From NCBI GenBank assembly GCA_963755115.1, contig CAVWIK010000003.1, positions 359,327 through 423,326 of the forward strand: a DNA stretch of 64,000 nucleotides, given 5' to 3'. Shown here piece after piece: positions 54,942 through 63,678 of this stretch; positions within the stretch are counted from its first letter, which is position 1, and each line of letters starts with the position of its first letter. This DNA comes from an uncultured Chloroflexia bacterium. Its GTDB lineage: Bacteria > Chloroflexota > Limnocylindria > Limnocylindrales > CSP1-4. The notes under the pieces are model-generated. The model was not told the origin of the DNA and searched no databases. It saw only the letters and a list, made by a program, of their open reading frames with translations. A program made the position numbers and the translations under genes.

Positions 54942-55334
54942 TCAGCGGGTGATGGCTTCGGTCGCCGACGTGGCTGCCTTGACGGCGGTCTGCCAGCTCT
55001 CGAGGGTCGCCTGCTGCGTGCGCTTGACCAGCGTCGAGAACTGCTCGACCGCCTGCCGGTTGCCCTTCACGCCCATGTCGAACAGGCGCAGGCCCGCTTC
55101 CATGGCGGCGTTCTGCGCTTCGAAGGCGGTCTTGATGGTCGCCTCGCTCTGGACCGACCAGGTGCCGAGCAGGTCGCGGCTGAGCGCGGCGCTGTCGTTC
55201 ACATAAGATCGCGCCGCCTCGAACGAGGCCCTCGCGGTCTCGGTGCCATTGCGTGCGGCCTGCGTCGCGATGCGACTTGCTTCCTTGACGGCAGCGGCTG
55301 CCGACTCGGGAATCTCGCTCGTCGTGGTGGACAT
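54942..55334 (-). CDS. phaP: Phasin-like PHA granule protein
   Basis: 130 aa, Ala/Thr-rich and helical, no Cys or His; AGGAGG RBS; position in the pha cluster. Confidence 0.65.
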   Translation of the reverse strand: MSTTTSEIPESAAAAVKEASRIATQAARNGTETARASFEAARSYVNDSAALSRDLLGTWSVQSEATIKTAFEAQNAAMEAGLRLFDMGVKGNRQAVEQFSTLVKRTQQATLESWQTAVKAATSATEAITR

Positions 55335-55388
55335 CGTCGTCCTCCTTCGGCTACTATCCAGCTGCCTCTATTTGCGCGACAACTCTAT

Positions 55389-55401
55389 GTGCATATTGCA
55401 C
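55389..55401. promoter_or_regulatory. Palindrome in the AT-richer divergent phaP/phaQ promoter region
   Basis: GTGCA-TAT-TGCAC, next to TAGGAT (55411-55416, +) and TTGACA (55422-55417, -). Confidence 0.45.
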
Positions 55402-55466
55402 TTAGTGTGGTAGGATTGTCAAGTGCCGCCGGCAAGGGCGGAGAAGAGGACCTCGAAAGACGCGCC

Positions 55467-56084
55467 ATGCCTGACCGCCGAACGACCACCGATGCCAGCG
55501 CCGCTCCCGATCGGCCGCGCCGTGCCCGCGCCGTCCGGCCACCTGGCGCGGCTGCGAGTCCTGCGCCGGAGCCCCTCGACGTCGATGGGCAGGCCCCCGC
55601 TGCCGACGGCCACGCCGCTGCTGACGGCCCCGGCCCCGCCGAGCCGGCCGAGCCGGCCGAGACGGCCGAGGCGGCCGAGGCGGCCGATGAGCGCGAGGCG
55701 TTTCCCGGCTGGCCACCGCGCGACTTCCTATCGCCGTTCGTCCTTCTCGCGGTCTCGCTCCAGCGGGCTCACGGCTACGCGATCGAGGACCTCCTGCGTG
55801 GCTTCGGCCTGTTCGGGATCACGATGAGCACCCTGTACCGCACCCTCCGGCAGATGGAGAAGGACGGCTTCCTCGAGTCGGTCTGGGAACCCGGTCCGAC
55901 CGGCCCGGCCCGCCGCATGTACACGATCACCGATGCCGGCGATGCCTGGCTGGAGAGCTCGGCGGCGATGCTCAATGTCTATCGCGAGACGATCGACCGG
56001 TTCTTCGGCCTGTATGACGCTGGCCCCGGCGCGAGGCGCCGCCAGCCCGACGAGCCGACTGGTGAAAAGGAGACACGGCAATGA
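55467..56084 (+). CDS. phaQ: PhaQ-like PadR-family PHB-responsive repressor with a low-complexity N-terminal extension
   Basis: [43 protein letters not shown] closely follows Bacillus megaterium PhaQ as I recall it. Confidence 0.8.
   Translation: MPDRRTTTDASAAPDRPRRARAVRPPGAAASPAPEPLDVDGQAPAADGHAAADGPGPAEPAEPAETAEAAEAADEREAFPGWPPRDFLSPFVLLAVSLQRAHGYAIEDLLRGFGLFGITMSTLYRTLRQMEKDGFLESVWEPGPTGPARRMYTITDAGDAWLESSAAMLNVYRETIDRFFGLYDAGPGARRRQPDEPTGEKETRQ
55638..55688 (+). repeat. 9-bp tandem repeat encoding (AEP/AEA)n in the PhaQ extension
   Basis: GCCGAG(C/A/G)CG x5 plus a partial unit. Confidence 0.75.
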
Positions 56085-56812
56085 CGAAGACCGGAGCAGC
56101 GGGCACCTCGACCGATCCATACGAGGTCTGGCGCGAGATGTACGACGCCAACGAGCGCGCCTGGAGCACGGCCCTCGACCAGGCGATGAACAGTCCGGAG
56201 TTCGGCGAATCGAGCGGGAAGATGCTCGAGACCATGCTCGCCGCACAGAAGGCCGTCCGCACCAGCATGCGCACCTTCCTCGAATCGATCAACGTGCCGA
56301 CCCGCGAGGACATCGCCGGGCTCGGCGAGATCGTGATCGGGGTCGAGGAGAAGGTCGACCAGGTCCTCGACCGCCTCGACGCCATCGAACAGGCCATCCG
56401 CGCCGTCCCCGCCGGTCCCCCGGGCCCGACGGGTGAGGCTGGCCCGATCGGTCCGGGCGGTCCGGTCGGTGCGGTCGGTCCTGCCGGTGCCATCGGTCCC
56501 GCGGGTCCTGCCGGTGCCGCTGGCCCCGTCGGTCCGGCCGGTGTCGTTGGCGCCGGGGTCCCGCCGGTGCCTGCTGGTCCCGTCGGTCCGGCCGGTGCCC
56601 CCGGTGTCGCTGGTGCCGTGGGTCCCGCCGGGCCCGCAGGACCCGCTGGCTCCGTCGCTCCGGCTGCGTCCGTCGGAGCCGCCGTGCCCGCCGCGCCGGT
56701 CGCCCGCACCACGACGGCCAAGCCCGCCGCTCCCGCCAAGAAACGCGCCCCGGCCAAGACCACGACTCGTGCCAAGCCCGCCAAGGGCACCAGCGCAAGG
56801 GGCATCCGATGA
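56081..56812 (+). CDS. phaR: Class IV PHA synthase subunit PhaR fused to a collagen-like domain and a Lys/Ala/Pro tail
   Basis: [12 protein letters not shown]....AMNSPEF...[18 protein letters not shown] matches the Bacillus PhaR pattern. ATGA-coupled to both phaQ and phaC. Confidence 0.82.
   Translation: MTKTGAAGTSTDPYEVWREMYDANERAWSTALDQAMNSPEFGESSGKMLETMLAAQKAVRTSMRTFLESINVPTREDIAGLGEIVIGVEEKVDQVLDRLDAIEQAIRAVPAGPPGPTGEAGPIGPGGPVGAVGPAGAIGPAGPAGAAGPVGPAGVVGAGVPPVPAGPVGPAGAPGVAGAVGPAGPAGPAGSVAPAASVGAAVPAAPVARTTTAKPAAPAKKRAPAKTTTRAKPAKGTSARGIR
56414..56656 (+). repeat. Collagen-like Gly-X-Y repeat (16 + 9 triplets, interrupted by VPPVPA)
   Basis: [48 protein letters not shown] / [27 protein letters not shown]. 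Confidence 0.9.
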
Positions 56813-57879
56813 CGACCTCGCCGTGGCCGGAATGGCCGAACGCCGAGACCATGTGGTCATCGAACGAACGAGCGCTGGAGATGGCGCGAGCCCTGCTCAC
56901 GTCGCCGGACGCACCCGTCGGTCTGACCCCGAAGGAGCTCATCTGGCGCAAGAACAAGGCTCGCCTGTACCGCTACATCCGCTCCGAGCCGGCGACCCAC
57001 AAGACGCCGATCTTCCTGGTCCTACCGCTCATCAACCGGGCCTACATCCTTGACCTCCGTCCGGGAGCGAGCTTCGTCGAGTTCCTGCTCGGCGAAGGCT
57101 TCGACGTCTTCCTCATCGACTGGGGTACGCCGGGCGACGAGGATCGGGCGCTCGACGTCACGACGCTCATCACCCGCTACCTGCCGCGCGCCGCGAAGGC
57201 GATCCAGCGGACGACGGGTTCGGAGCAGATGACGGTCCTCGGCTACTGCATCGGCGGCACGTTGGCGGCCTGCTTCGCGGCCCTCAACCCGGACATCACG
57301 CGCAACCTCGTCCTGCTGACGGCCCCGCTCGACTTCGCGAACGCCGGGCAGTTCGGCCAGATGACGCGACGGGACGTCTTCCCGATCGATCAACTGGTCG
57401 ACACGTTCCCGATCGTGCCGGGACAGATGCCGGAGGTCGGTTCGAAGCTGCTCAACCCGATGTCCAGCTACGTGGGGACGTATCGCCAGCTCTGGGACAA
57501 GCTCGCCGATCCCAAGTTCGACGTCACCGCCTGGCAGGCGATGTACCGCTGGGTGAACGAAGGCGTGCCATTCGCCGGGGCGGCGTTCCGCCAGTGGATC
57601 GTCGAGTTCTACCAGGAGAACCGGCTGTCCCAGGACACGCTCGAGATGGATGGCCGCCCGGTGCGCCTGTCGGACATCCGCTGCCCGCTGCTCAACATCG
57701 CCGCGAGTCGCGACCAGATCGCGCCCCGGGCGACGACGAATATCGCGACGGAGCGCGTCAGCAGCGACGACGCGTCAGAGATCCTCGTCGAGGGCGGCCA
57801 CGTCGGGATCGTCGTCGGCCGGAATGCCAGCCAGAACCTCTGGCCCAAGGTCGGCGTCTGGCTCGCCGAGCACGACTGA
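56809..57879 (+). CDS. phaC: PHA synthase catalytic subunit, class III/IV size (356 aa)
   Basis: [32 protein letters not shown], lipase-like box GYCIGG, catalytic D (RDQI) and H (GGHVG). Confidence 0.93.
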   Translation: MTTSPWPEWPNAETMWSSNERALEMARALLTSPDAPVGLTPKELIWRKNKARLYRYIRSEPATHKTPIFLVLPLINRAYILDLRPGASFVEFLLGEGFDVFLIDWGTPGDEDRALDVTTLITRYLPRAAKAIQRTTGSEQMTVLGYCIGGTLAACFAALNPDITRNLVLLTAPLDFANAGQFGQMTRRDVFPIDQLVDTFPIVPGQMPEVGSKLLNPMSSYVGTYRQLWDKLADPKFDVTAWQAMYRWVNEGVPFAGAAFRQWIVEFYQENRLSQDTLEMDGRPVRLSDIRCPLLNIAASRDQIAPRATTNIATERVSSDDASEILVEGGHVGIVVGRNASQNLWPKVGVWLAEHD

Positions 57880-57895
57880 CCCGACCGACCGGAGG

Positions 57896-60193
57896 CTAGG
57901 CGACCAGCGGGACCGGCGTCCCGATCAGCTCGGCGAGCCGCTGCCCGTCGGGCTGGACCAGTTCGGCGACCCGTGCCGGGTCGACGTCCGCGACGATGAT
58001 CTGGCCGATCTCGGTCCGAACGACCGTGAAGATGCCCAGCTCGTGCATGCGCTGCGTCTGGAGCCGGTTGTCCTCGGTCGGGGTGAGGTAGTGGAGGGAC
58101 GCGGCCCCGTAGCGGTGGATCAGGAAGAGCTGCGTGAGCGTCATCAGCCGGCGCCGGCGGATCGACGGCTCGGTGTGCTGGTCCCGGATCGAGAGGATGC
58201 TCCGACCCCGCCGGTCGACGATGCTCGCGAAGATCACGTCGGCCAGGGGCTCCTCGGAGTCGTCGAGGACGCGGAGCTCGAGCAGATCGGAGCCCGCGGT
58301 GTGGGGTCGCAGCTCGACGCGGATCGTCCCCGGCCGCTCCCAGCGGGTCGACCAGGCGGCGAGCCAGCCCTCGAGCAGCCTCGTCGGGACCTCCGTCTGG
58401 ACGAGGTGCTGATGCTGCGTCGAGCCCTTGCCCATGGCCTTCGTCGCGGCGGTCCGTCCCGACGCGGCCATCAGCGCGGCATCGAGCCGGTCGCCGCCGA
58501 CGAGGGACTGCGGGGTCCGATACGGCGATTCGAGCAGCCGGAACTTGCGCTGGAGCCGGGCGAGGGCGAGCATGCCGTCCTCGCGTAGGGCCCTCGTGAA
58601 CTCCTCGGCGGCGAGGCCGTCGATCTGGTGGCCGCCGTACGTGATGAAGTTGAACACGAACCCGAGCTTGCCGAGGTCCTCGGGGAACCGCCGCATCTCC
58701 TCGTCGCTCAGGCCGGTGGTGTCCCAGTTGAACGAGGGCGAGAGGTTGTACGCGAGCATCTTGTCCGGGTACTCGGCATGGATCGCCTCCGCGAAGCGTC
58801 GCGCGTCCTCGAGATCGGCGGTCTTGGTCTCCATCCACAACAGGTCGGCGAACGGCGCCGCAGCCAGCGACTTGGCGATCGCGTAGTCGATCCCGCCCTG
58901 GACCTGGAAGTAGCCGTCCGGGGTCTTGGGCAGCTCAGGATCCCAGGTGACCCGGATGCCGAGCTCGTCGGCCTTCGCCCGGATCTCCGAGAAGGACGCG
59001 CGACGCGCGAAGGCACGCCATGCCTCGAGCGCCATGTCGAACCGCTCGCCCTCGGCGATGCGGTCCTCGAGGATGTCCGCGACGGCCTCGCCATAGGTCA
59101 TGAGGCCGGCCTCCGCCTGCCAGGTCTCGGCGTAGCGGGTGTCGATCGCGTCGAGCAGGTGCTCGGTCGGGGTGCCGGGCTCGGCCGCGCGGATCGCCTC
59201 GGCGTTCCGTTCGATCACCGTCATGAGCCCGACCTGGACGAGCCACGCCGTGGCGCGCTGCATCTCGGCCTCGGGCACCGCGAACAGGAGGTGGCCCCGG
59301 ATGTCATCGAGGCCGAGGTCGAACAGCGCCTTCTGGATCGCGAGGAAGGCCACCCGGTAGCTCGGCAGCCCGAGGTTCGTCGCCCCGAGGATGAACGGCT
59401 GATCCCGCTCGTCGCCGCGGTCGTCGAGGAACGTCGCCGCCTCGGCGTCGGTCCGCGCGACGATGATCCCGGGCACTCGCATGATGTCGAGCTGGAAGCG
59501 CGCCGCGTTGAGCCGCTTGTTCTGCTCGTCCTGGGCGACGAGGACCTTGCCGCTCTGGTGCCCGCACTTCTTGGCGCCCGGCTTCTGGTCCTCGATGTGG
59601 TAGCCGGGCACGCCGACCTCGACGAATCGACGGACGAGGTTCCGGACGTGCGCATCGCCGCCATGCCCCGTGTCGGCGTCCGCGATGATGAATGGGCGGA
59701 AGTCGACCTCGGGGGTGGTCCGCCGTCGCTCCTCGGTCATCTGGGACCGGGCGAAATACTGGTTCTTGTCGGCCGCGAGCAGCGCACGGACGAGGCCGGC
59801 TGCCTCGTCGGGGACCTGTCCGAGCGGGTAGCTCGCCAGGTCGGGCCCGGGATCCTCCGCCTTCGACCCCTTCGCCGAGGTCGCCCAACCGCCGAGGTAG
59901 ATGGCCTCGATGCCGAGCCGCTTCATGACGACCGCCTGGCCCGGGGAGTACGGCCCGAAGGTCGTGATCTGCCGGCCTTCGGCGAACAGCTCGCGGAGCC
60001 GGGCATGGAACGCCTCGGCGGCCGTCCGGGCGACCGTGTAGTCGGGCTGGATCGTGCCCTGCTGGGCGGCGACCTCACGCGCGGTGTGGAGTCGCACGAT
60101 CCCCTCGAACCGGGGCTGGGCGAACCACTCGCGAGCGGCGTCGACCTGGATCTCGAACGGATCCGCGGTGGTGGGCATGGCAAGCGCGCTCAT
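57896..60193 (-). CDS. aceA: Long-form isocitrate lyase (mycobacterial ICL2 type, about 765 aa)
   Basis: KKCGHQ catalytic motif, [23 protein letters not shown], and a C-terminal domain RRLMTL..LIHRY..HY.TPT.DN resembling ICL2. Confidence 0.93.
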   Translation of the reverse strand: MSALAMPTTADPFEIQVDAAREWFAQPRFEGIVRLHTAREVAAQQGTIQPDYTVARTAAEAFHARLRELFAEGRQITTFGPYSPGQAVVMKRLGIEAIYLGGWATSAKGSKAEDPGPDLASYPLGQVPDEAAGLVRALLAADKNQYFARSQMTEERRRTTPEVDFRPFIIADADTGHGGDAHVRNLVRRFVEVGVPGYHIEDQKPGAKKCGHQSGKVLVAQDEQNKRLNAARFQLDIMRVPGIIVARTDAEAATFLDDRGDERDQPFILGATNLGLPSYRVAFLAIQKALFDLGLDDIRGHLLFAVPEAEMQRATAWLVQVGLMTVIERNAEAIRAAEPGTPTEHLLDAIDTRYAETWQAEAGLMTYGEAVADILEDRIAEGERFDMALEAWRAFARRASFSEIRAKADELGIRVTWDPELPKTPDGYFQVQGGIDYAIAKSLAAAPFADLLWMETKTADLEDARRFAEAIHAEYPDKMLAYNLSPSFNWDTTGLSDEEMRRFPEDLGKLGFVFNFITYGGHQIDGLAAEEFTRALREDGMLALARLQRKFRLLESPYRTPQSLVGGDRLDAALMAASGRTAATKAMGKGSTQHQHLVQTEVPTRLLEGWLAAWSTRWERPGTIRVELRPHTAGSDLLELRVLDDSEEPLADVIFASIVDRRGRSILSIRDQHTEPSIRRRRLMTLTQLFLIHRYGAASLHYLTPTEDNRLQTQRMHELGIFTVVRTEIGQIIVADVDPARVAELVQPDGQRLAELIGTPVPLVA

Positions 60194-60203
60194 CGGTCGG
60201 TCG

Positions 60204-60395
60204 TCACTCGTTGGAATGGTCCCGCGAGCAGTCGTCGGGGCACTCGCAGTCGGCCCAGAAGCTGTACGGGTAGGTGCCGCCCCCGACGGAGGTGCGCTCG
60301 TCGTCCGCTGTCCGACCGGTATCGAGCCCATGTGCCGGCGTCGCCATGGCGAACGGCGTCGGGACGGGGTGTCGGGGATCCGGGGTGTATTCCAT
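60204..60395 (-). CDS. Small Cys/His peptide (63 aa) directly upstream of aceA
   Basis: ATG 60395 to TGA 60204, ending [18 protein letters not shown]; 10-nt gap to the aceA ATG. Confidence 0.55.
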   Translation of the reverse strand: MEYTPDPRHPVPTPFAMATPAHGLDTGRTADDERTSVGGGTYPYSFWADCECPDDCSRDHSNE

Positions 60396-60467
60396 CGGGC
60401 GACCTGCGTAGCGGGGCTGGGAGAGCGACCTTACGGGGTCGTCGGCCCATCCGTCCAATCGAAAGTT

Positions 60468-60494
60468 TGATGGGGTATCATCGACAGCATCGAT
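60468..60494. promoter_or_regulatory. Two abutting LysR-type T-N11-A boxes
   Basis: TGAT-GGGGT-ATCA (60468-60480) and ATCGA-CAGCA-TCGAT (60480-60494), between the divergent aceA and LysR genes. Confidence 0.65.
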
Positions 60495-60515
60495 CACTGA
60501 CGGGGAGGTCGTTCC

Positions 60516-61439
60516 ATGCTTCTCGGGCAGATCGAAGGGTTCGTCGAGATCGCTCGGCAGGGGAACCTGGGTCGTGCCGCACACGCCCTCTCGATCAGCC
60601 AGCCGGCACTCAGCGCCCGCCTCCAGGGACTCGAGGTGGAGCTCGGCGCCTCGCTCTTCCGGCGGACCCATGCGGGCATGGTCCTCACGCCGGCCGGCCG
60701 CGCCTTCCTGCCGCATGCGGACCGTGCGATCGAAGCGATCCGCAGCGGCGGTTCACTCGTCCGGCAGCTCGAGCACGGGGTCATCGGCGAGCTCGCGCTC
60801 GCGGTCGCCCCCGCCGTCAGCGCCTACGTGCTGCCGGAGATCCTGGTGCGGTTCACGGAGCGACACCCCGACGTCCGGCTGCTCGTGCGCACCGGCCACT
60901 CGGAGGAGATCGTCGACCTGGTGGCGCGCGGCGAGGTCGACCTCGGGATCGTCCGCCAGCTCCGCGACGCGCGCGTCCGCAGCCTCCCGCTCTACGAGGA
61001 CGAGCTCCTCATGGTCGCGCGACCGGACCACCCGTTCGCCATCGCGGGGACCGTCGACGTCGAGGAGATCAGCCGCGCGCAGCTCATCCTGTTCGACCGC
61101 ACGTCGAGCTACTACGACGTGACGAATGCGCTGTTCCGCGTCGCCGGCGTCATCCCGCGGGGCGTCACCGAGGTCGACAACATCGAGGCGGCCAAGCGGA
61201 TGGTCGAGCGTGGTCTCGGCGTCGCGCTGCTCCCCGGGACGGCGGTCGCCGACGCGCTGGCCGCCGGCTCGCTCAAGGAGATCCGGCTCGCCGGGGCGGC
61301 GACCATCCGGCGGCAGATCGTGGCGGTCGAGCGGCTCGGCGAGCGTCCCGCGTCGCCGTCCCTGACCACCCTGTGGGAGCTCCTCGACCGGATCCCGGAG
61401 CTCATCCCCCGGGCACTGCCGATCGCCGCCGACGGCTGA
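60516..61439 (+). CDS. LysR-family transcriptional regulator
   Basis: GNLGRAAHALSISQPALSARLQGLE..LFRRT..LTPAG helix-turn-helix, followed by a substrate-binding domain. Confidence 0.94.
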   Translation: MLLGQIEGFVEIARQGNLGRAAHALSISQPALSARLQGLEVELGASLFRRTHAGMVLTPAGRAFLPHADRAIEAIRSGGSLVRQLEHGVIGELALAVAPAVSAYVLPEILVRFTERHPDVRLLVRTGHSEEIVDLVARGEVDLGIVRQLRDARVRSLPLYEDELLMVARPDHPFAIAGTVDVEEISRAQLILFDRTSSYYDVTNALFRVAGVIPRGVTEVDNIEAAKRMVERGLGVALLPGTAVADALAAGSLKEIRLAGAATIRRQIVAVERLGERPASPSLTTLWELLDRIPELIPRALPIAADG

Positions 61440-61557
61440 GCCGGGCCGACCGCTGGGTGCCAGGCCGATCCGGCGCCGGCCAGCTCCGGCACGACCTCGT
61501 GGCCGGACCGCCGGCCGAGCGGTTACGCTGCGGGTCCCCAAGGAGGAGACCACGCCG

Positions 61558-62124
61558 ATGCGCGTCACCGTCACCCCGGAGCAGATCCAGTCCGCGTTCG
61601 AGGCCGTGAAGGACGATCCATCCTTCGACGAGAGCCGGGGCCTGTGGGAGCGCGGGCGACCGCCGGTCGAGATGATCCAGGCGATGTGCCTGCGGCCAGA
61701 GATCCTGCGCGGCTTCGCGGGCTTCGGCGACGCCGTCTACCCGGGCGGGCTGCTCGAGCGGCGGGTCAAGGAGCTGGTGATCATCACGGCTTCGAAGACC
61801 AACGAGTGCCAGTTCTGCACGTACTCGCACTGCGACCTCGTCGACATCGCGGACATCGTCGCGGACCCGTTGATCGTCATCGAGCAGACCGATGGGCTCC
61901 CGCCGCGCGAGCGTCTCGGGATCGAGTACACCCGCGCGGCGATGCACGACTCGAACGCGATCCCGGAGTCGCTCTCGCAGCAACTGCACGAGCACTTCAC
62001 CGACCCGGAGCTCGTCGAGCTCACGTTCCTGATCGGCTACATCAACATGCTCAACCTGTTCAACAACCTCCTGCAGGTCCGCTACAACGGGGAGTACAGC
62101 CTCCTGAAGACCCCGGTCGGCTGA
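61558..62124 (+). CDS. AhpD/carboxymuconolactone decarboxylase-family protein
   Basis: KELVI..S..NECQFCTYSH (CxxC...H). AAGGAG RBS. Confidence 0.85.
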   Translation: MRVTVTPEQIQSAFEAVKDDPSFDESRGLWERGRPPVEMIQAMCLRPEILRGFAGFGDAVYPGGLLERRVKELVIITASKTNECQFCTYSHCDLVDIADIVADPLIVIEQTDGLPPRERLGIEYTRAAMHDSNAIPESLSQQLHEHFTDPELVELTFLIGYINMLNLFNNLLQVRYNGEYSLLKTPVG

Positions 62125-62194
62125 CGGCCTGCGTAACGATCCAAGTACCTTCGGGCGCTGGTCCCGTTAACAGCACGGCGGTACGGTCGCCGGC

Positions 62195-62320
62195 ATGGAC
62201 CTCTCGTCGCACCTCCTCCTTGCGGCCGGGCACCCGATGATCCTCGACGTCGTCATCGGGATCGTGTGCGGGATCGCGATCGGGCTGGGTCTTTCGTCAC
62301 TCCGCTCCAGCTCGCGCTAG
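62195..62320 (+). CDS. Small single-TM protein (41 aa), not in the ORF track
   Basis: MDLSSHLLLAAGHPMILDVVIGIVCGIAIGLGLSSLRSSSR. TACGGT lies 7 nt upstream of the ATG. Confidence 0.5.
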   Translation: MDLSSHLLLAAGHPMILDVVIGIVCGIAIGLGLSSLRSSSR

Positions 62321-62351
62321 CGCTGATCCCGGGGCCGCCGCCAGCGCGGCA

Positions 62352-62795
62352 TCACGCGAGGAGCCAGTAGACCTCGGTCCAGACCTCGGCGGGATCGTCG
62401 GAGTGCGGTCCGTAGACCTCCCACCGCGCACCGGTGAGAGGGAGTCCCTGCTCGGCGCACCAGTCCATCACGGCCCGATGGGCGGACCCGAGCCGGGCAT
62501 ACGAGCCGCGATGGACGGTCATCGCGACCCGCCCCGCAGGCAGGCTCGAGGGCACCACGCGTCCGGTGAGCGGGCATGGCTCGGCCCGCTCCACGCCGAC
62601 CTCGACATGCGGCACGTCGTCGCGGTACAGCATGACGTTGCGACAACCGCGCTCGATCCCGCTCGCGCGGAGGCACGACCACACCTCGTCGAGGAGTTCC
62701 TTCCAGAGCGTCGGGAACGCATGCCACGTCGTGGTCGCGGTGACGACCAGGGTCGGACGGGCCACCGCGTCGGTCACGATCACCTGGTAGCCCAT
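62352..62795 (-). CDS. GyrI-like small-molecule-binding protein
   Basis: LPAGRVAMTVHRGSYARL..AH..WC..WEVY. Confidence 0.85.
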   Translation of the reverse strand: MGYQVIVTDAVARPTLVVTATTTWHAFPTLWKELLDEVWSCLRASGIERGCRNVMLYRDDVPHVEVGVERAEPCPLTGRVVPSSLPAGRVAMTVHRGSYARLGSAHRAVMDWCAEQGLPLTGARWEVYGPHSDDPAEVWTEVYWLLA

Positions 62796-62886
62796 GCCCC
62801 ACCTTCCGCTGCCGCACGCTCCACGTGGCGCCCGCGACAGCATCGCATCCGGGCGGCCGGACCCGCCGGCCGCCCGGGTCGGACGC

Positions 62887-63678
62887 CTACGACGCCCGTT
62901 CGCGGTCGTACAGCCGTCGCGCCCAGATGTAGCCGGCGACCGAGATCGCGATGCACCATGCGACCGCGACCACGCCGCTGTCGCCGATCGCGGTGCCGAG
63001 CAGGAGCCCCCGCACGGTCTCGATGAGCGGCGTGAACGGCTGGTGCTCGGCGAACCAGCTCAACCCCGGCGGCATCGACTCGGTCGGGACGAAGCCGCTG
63101 CTCAGGAACGGCAGGAACACCAGGAACATCGGGAGGTTGCTCGCGGTCTCCACGCTGTTCGCCGACATCCCGAGGGCGACGGACAGCCACGAGATCGCGA
63201 ACGCCGCGAGCGCGAGCAGGCCGGTCGCCGCGAGCCACTCGATCGGACCCGTGGTGGAGCGGAACCCGATCAGCACGGCGACGACCATGACGATGACGAT
63301 GGCCAGCATCGTCTGGATCACGCTGCCGACGACGTGGCCCGTCAGGACGGACACGCGGGCGATGTCCATCGTCCGGAACCGGGCGATGATCCCTTCGGTC
63401 ATGTCCATCGAGACCGAGATCGCCGTGCCCTGGGAGGCGCCCGCGACGGTGATGAGGAGGATCCCCGGGACGACGTACGCGATGTAGGCGTCGCGACCGC
63501 CGGACACGAGACCGAGACCTGCTCCGAGCGTGCCGCCGAAGACGTACACGAACAGCAGCAGGAGCACGACCGGGATCCCCGCGATGAAGAAGGTCAGCGA
63601 CGGGTAGCGGCGCATCCGGCGGAGGTTGCGCCGGAGCATGGTGGCCGAGTCGGCAAGGACGAGCGGATACGCGGTCAT
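62887..63678 (-). CDS. DrrB-like ABC-2 exporter permease
   Basis: YVVPGILL, DMTEGIIARFRTM, FLSSGFVP..MP..HQP. Confidence 0.9.
   Translation of the reverse strand: MTAYPLVLADSATMLRRNLRRMRRYPSLTFFIAGIPVVLLLLFVYVFGGTLGAGLGLVSGGRDAYIAYVVPGILLITVAGASQGTAISVSMDMTEGIIARFRTMDIARVSVLTGHVVGSVIQTMLAIVIVMVVAVLIGFRSTTGPIEWLAATGLLALAAFAISWLSVALGMSANSVETASNLPMFLVFLPFLSSGFVPTESMPPGLSWFAEHQPFTPLIETVRGLLLGTAIGDSGVVAVAWCIAISVAGYIWARRLYDRERAS

Noticed and set aside
54924-55466. 386-aa version of PhaQ
   Set aside because: The upstream part is the antisense of phaP and crosses the promoter region.
55972-56805. Second collagen-like ORF on the minus strand
   Set aside because: GGN-CCN-GCN codons read as Gly/Pro/Ala on both strands. 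The plus-strand gene has the PhaR domain, an RBS and stop/start coupling.
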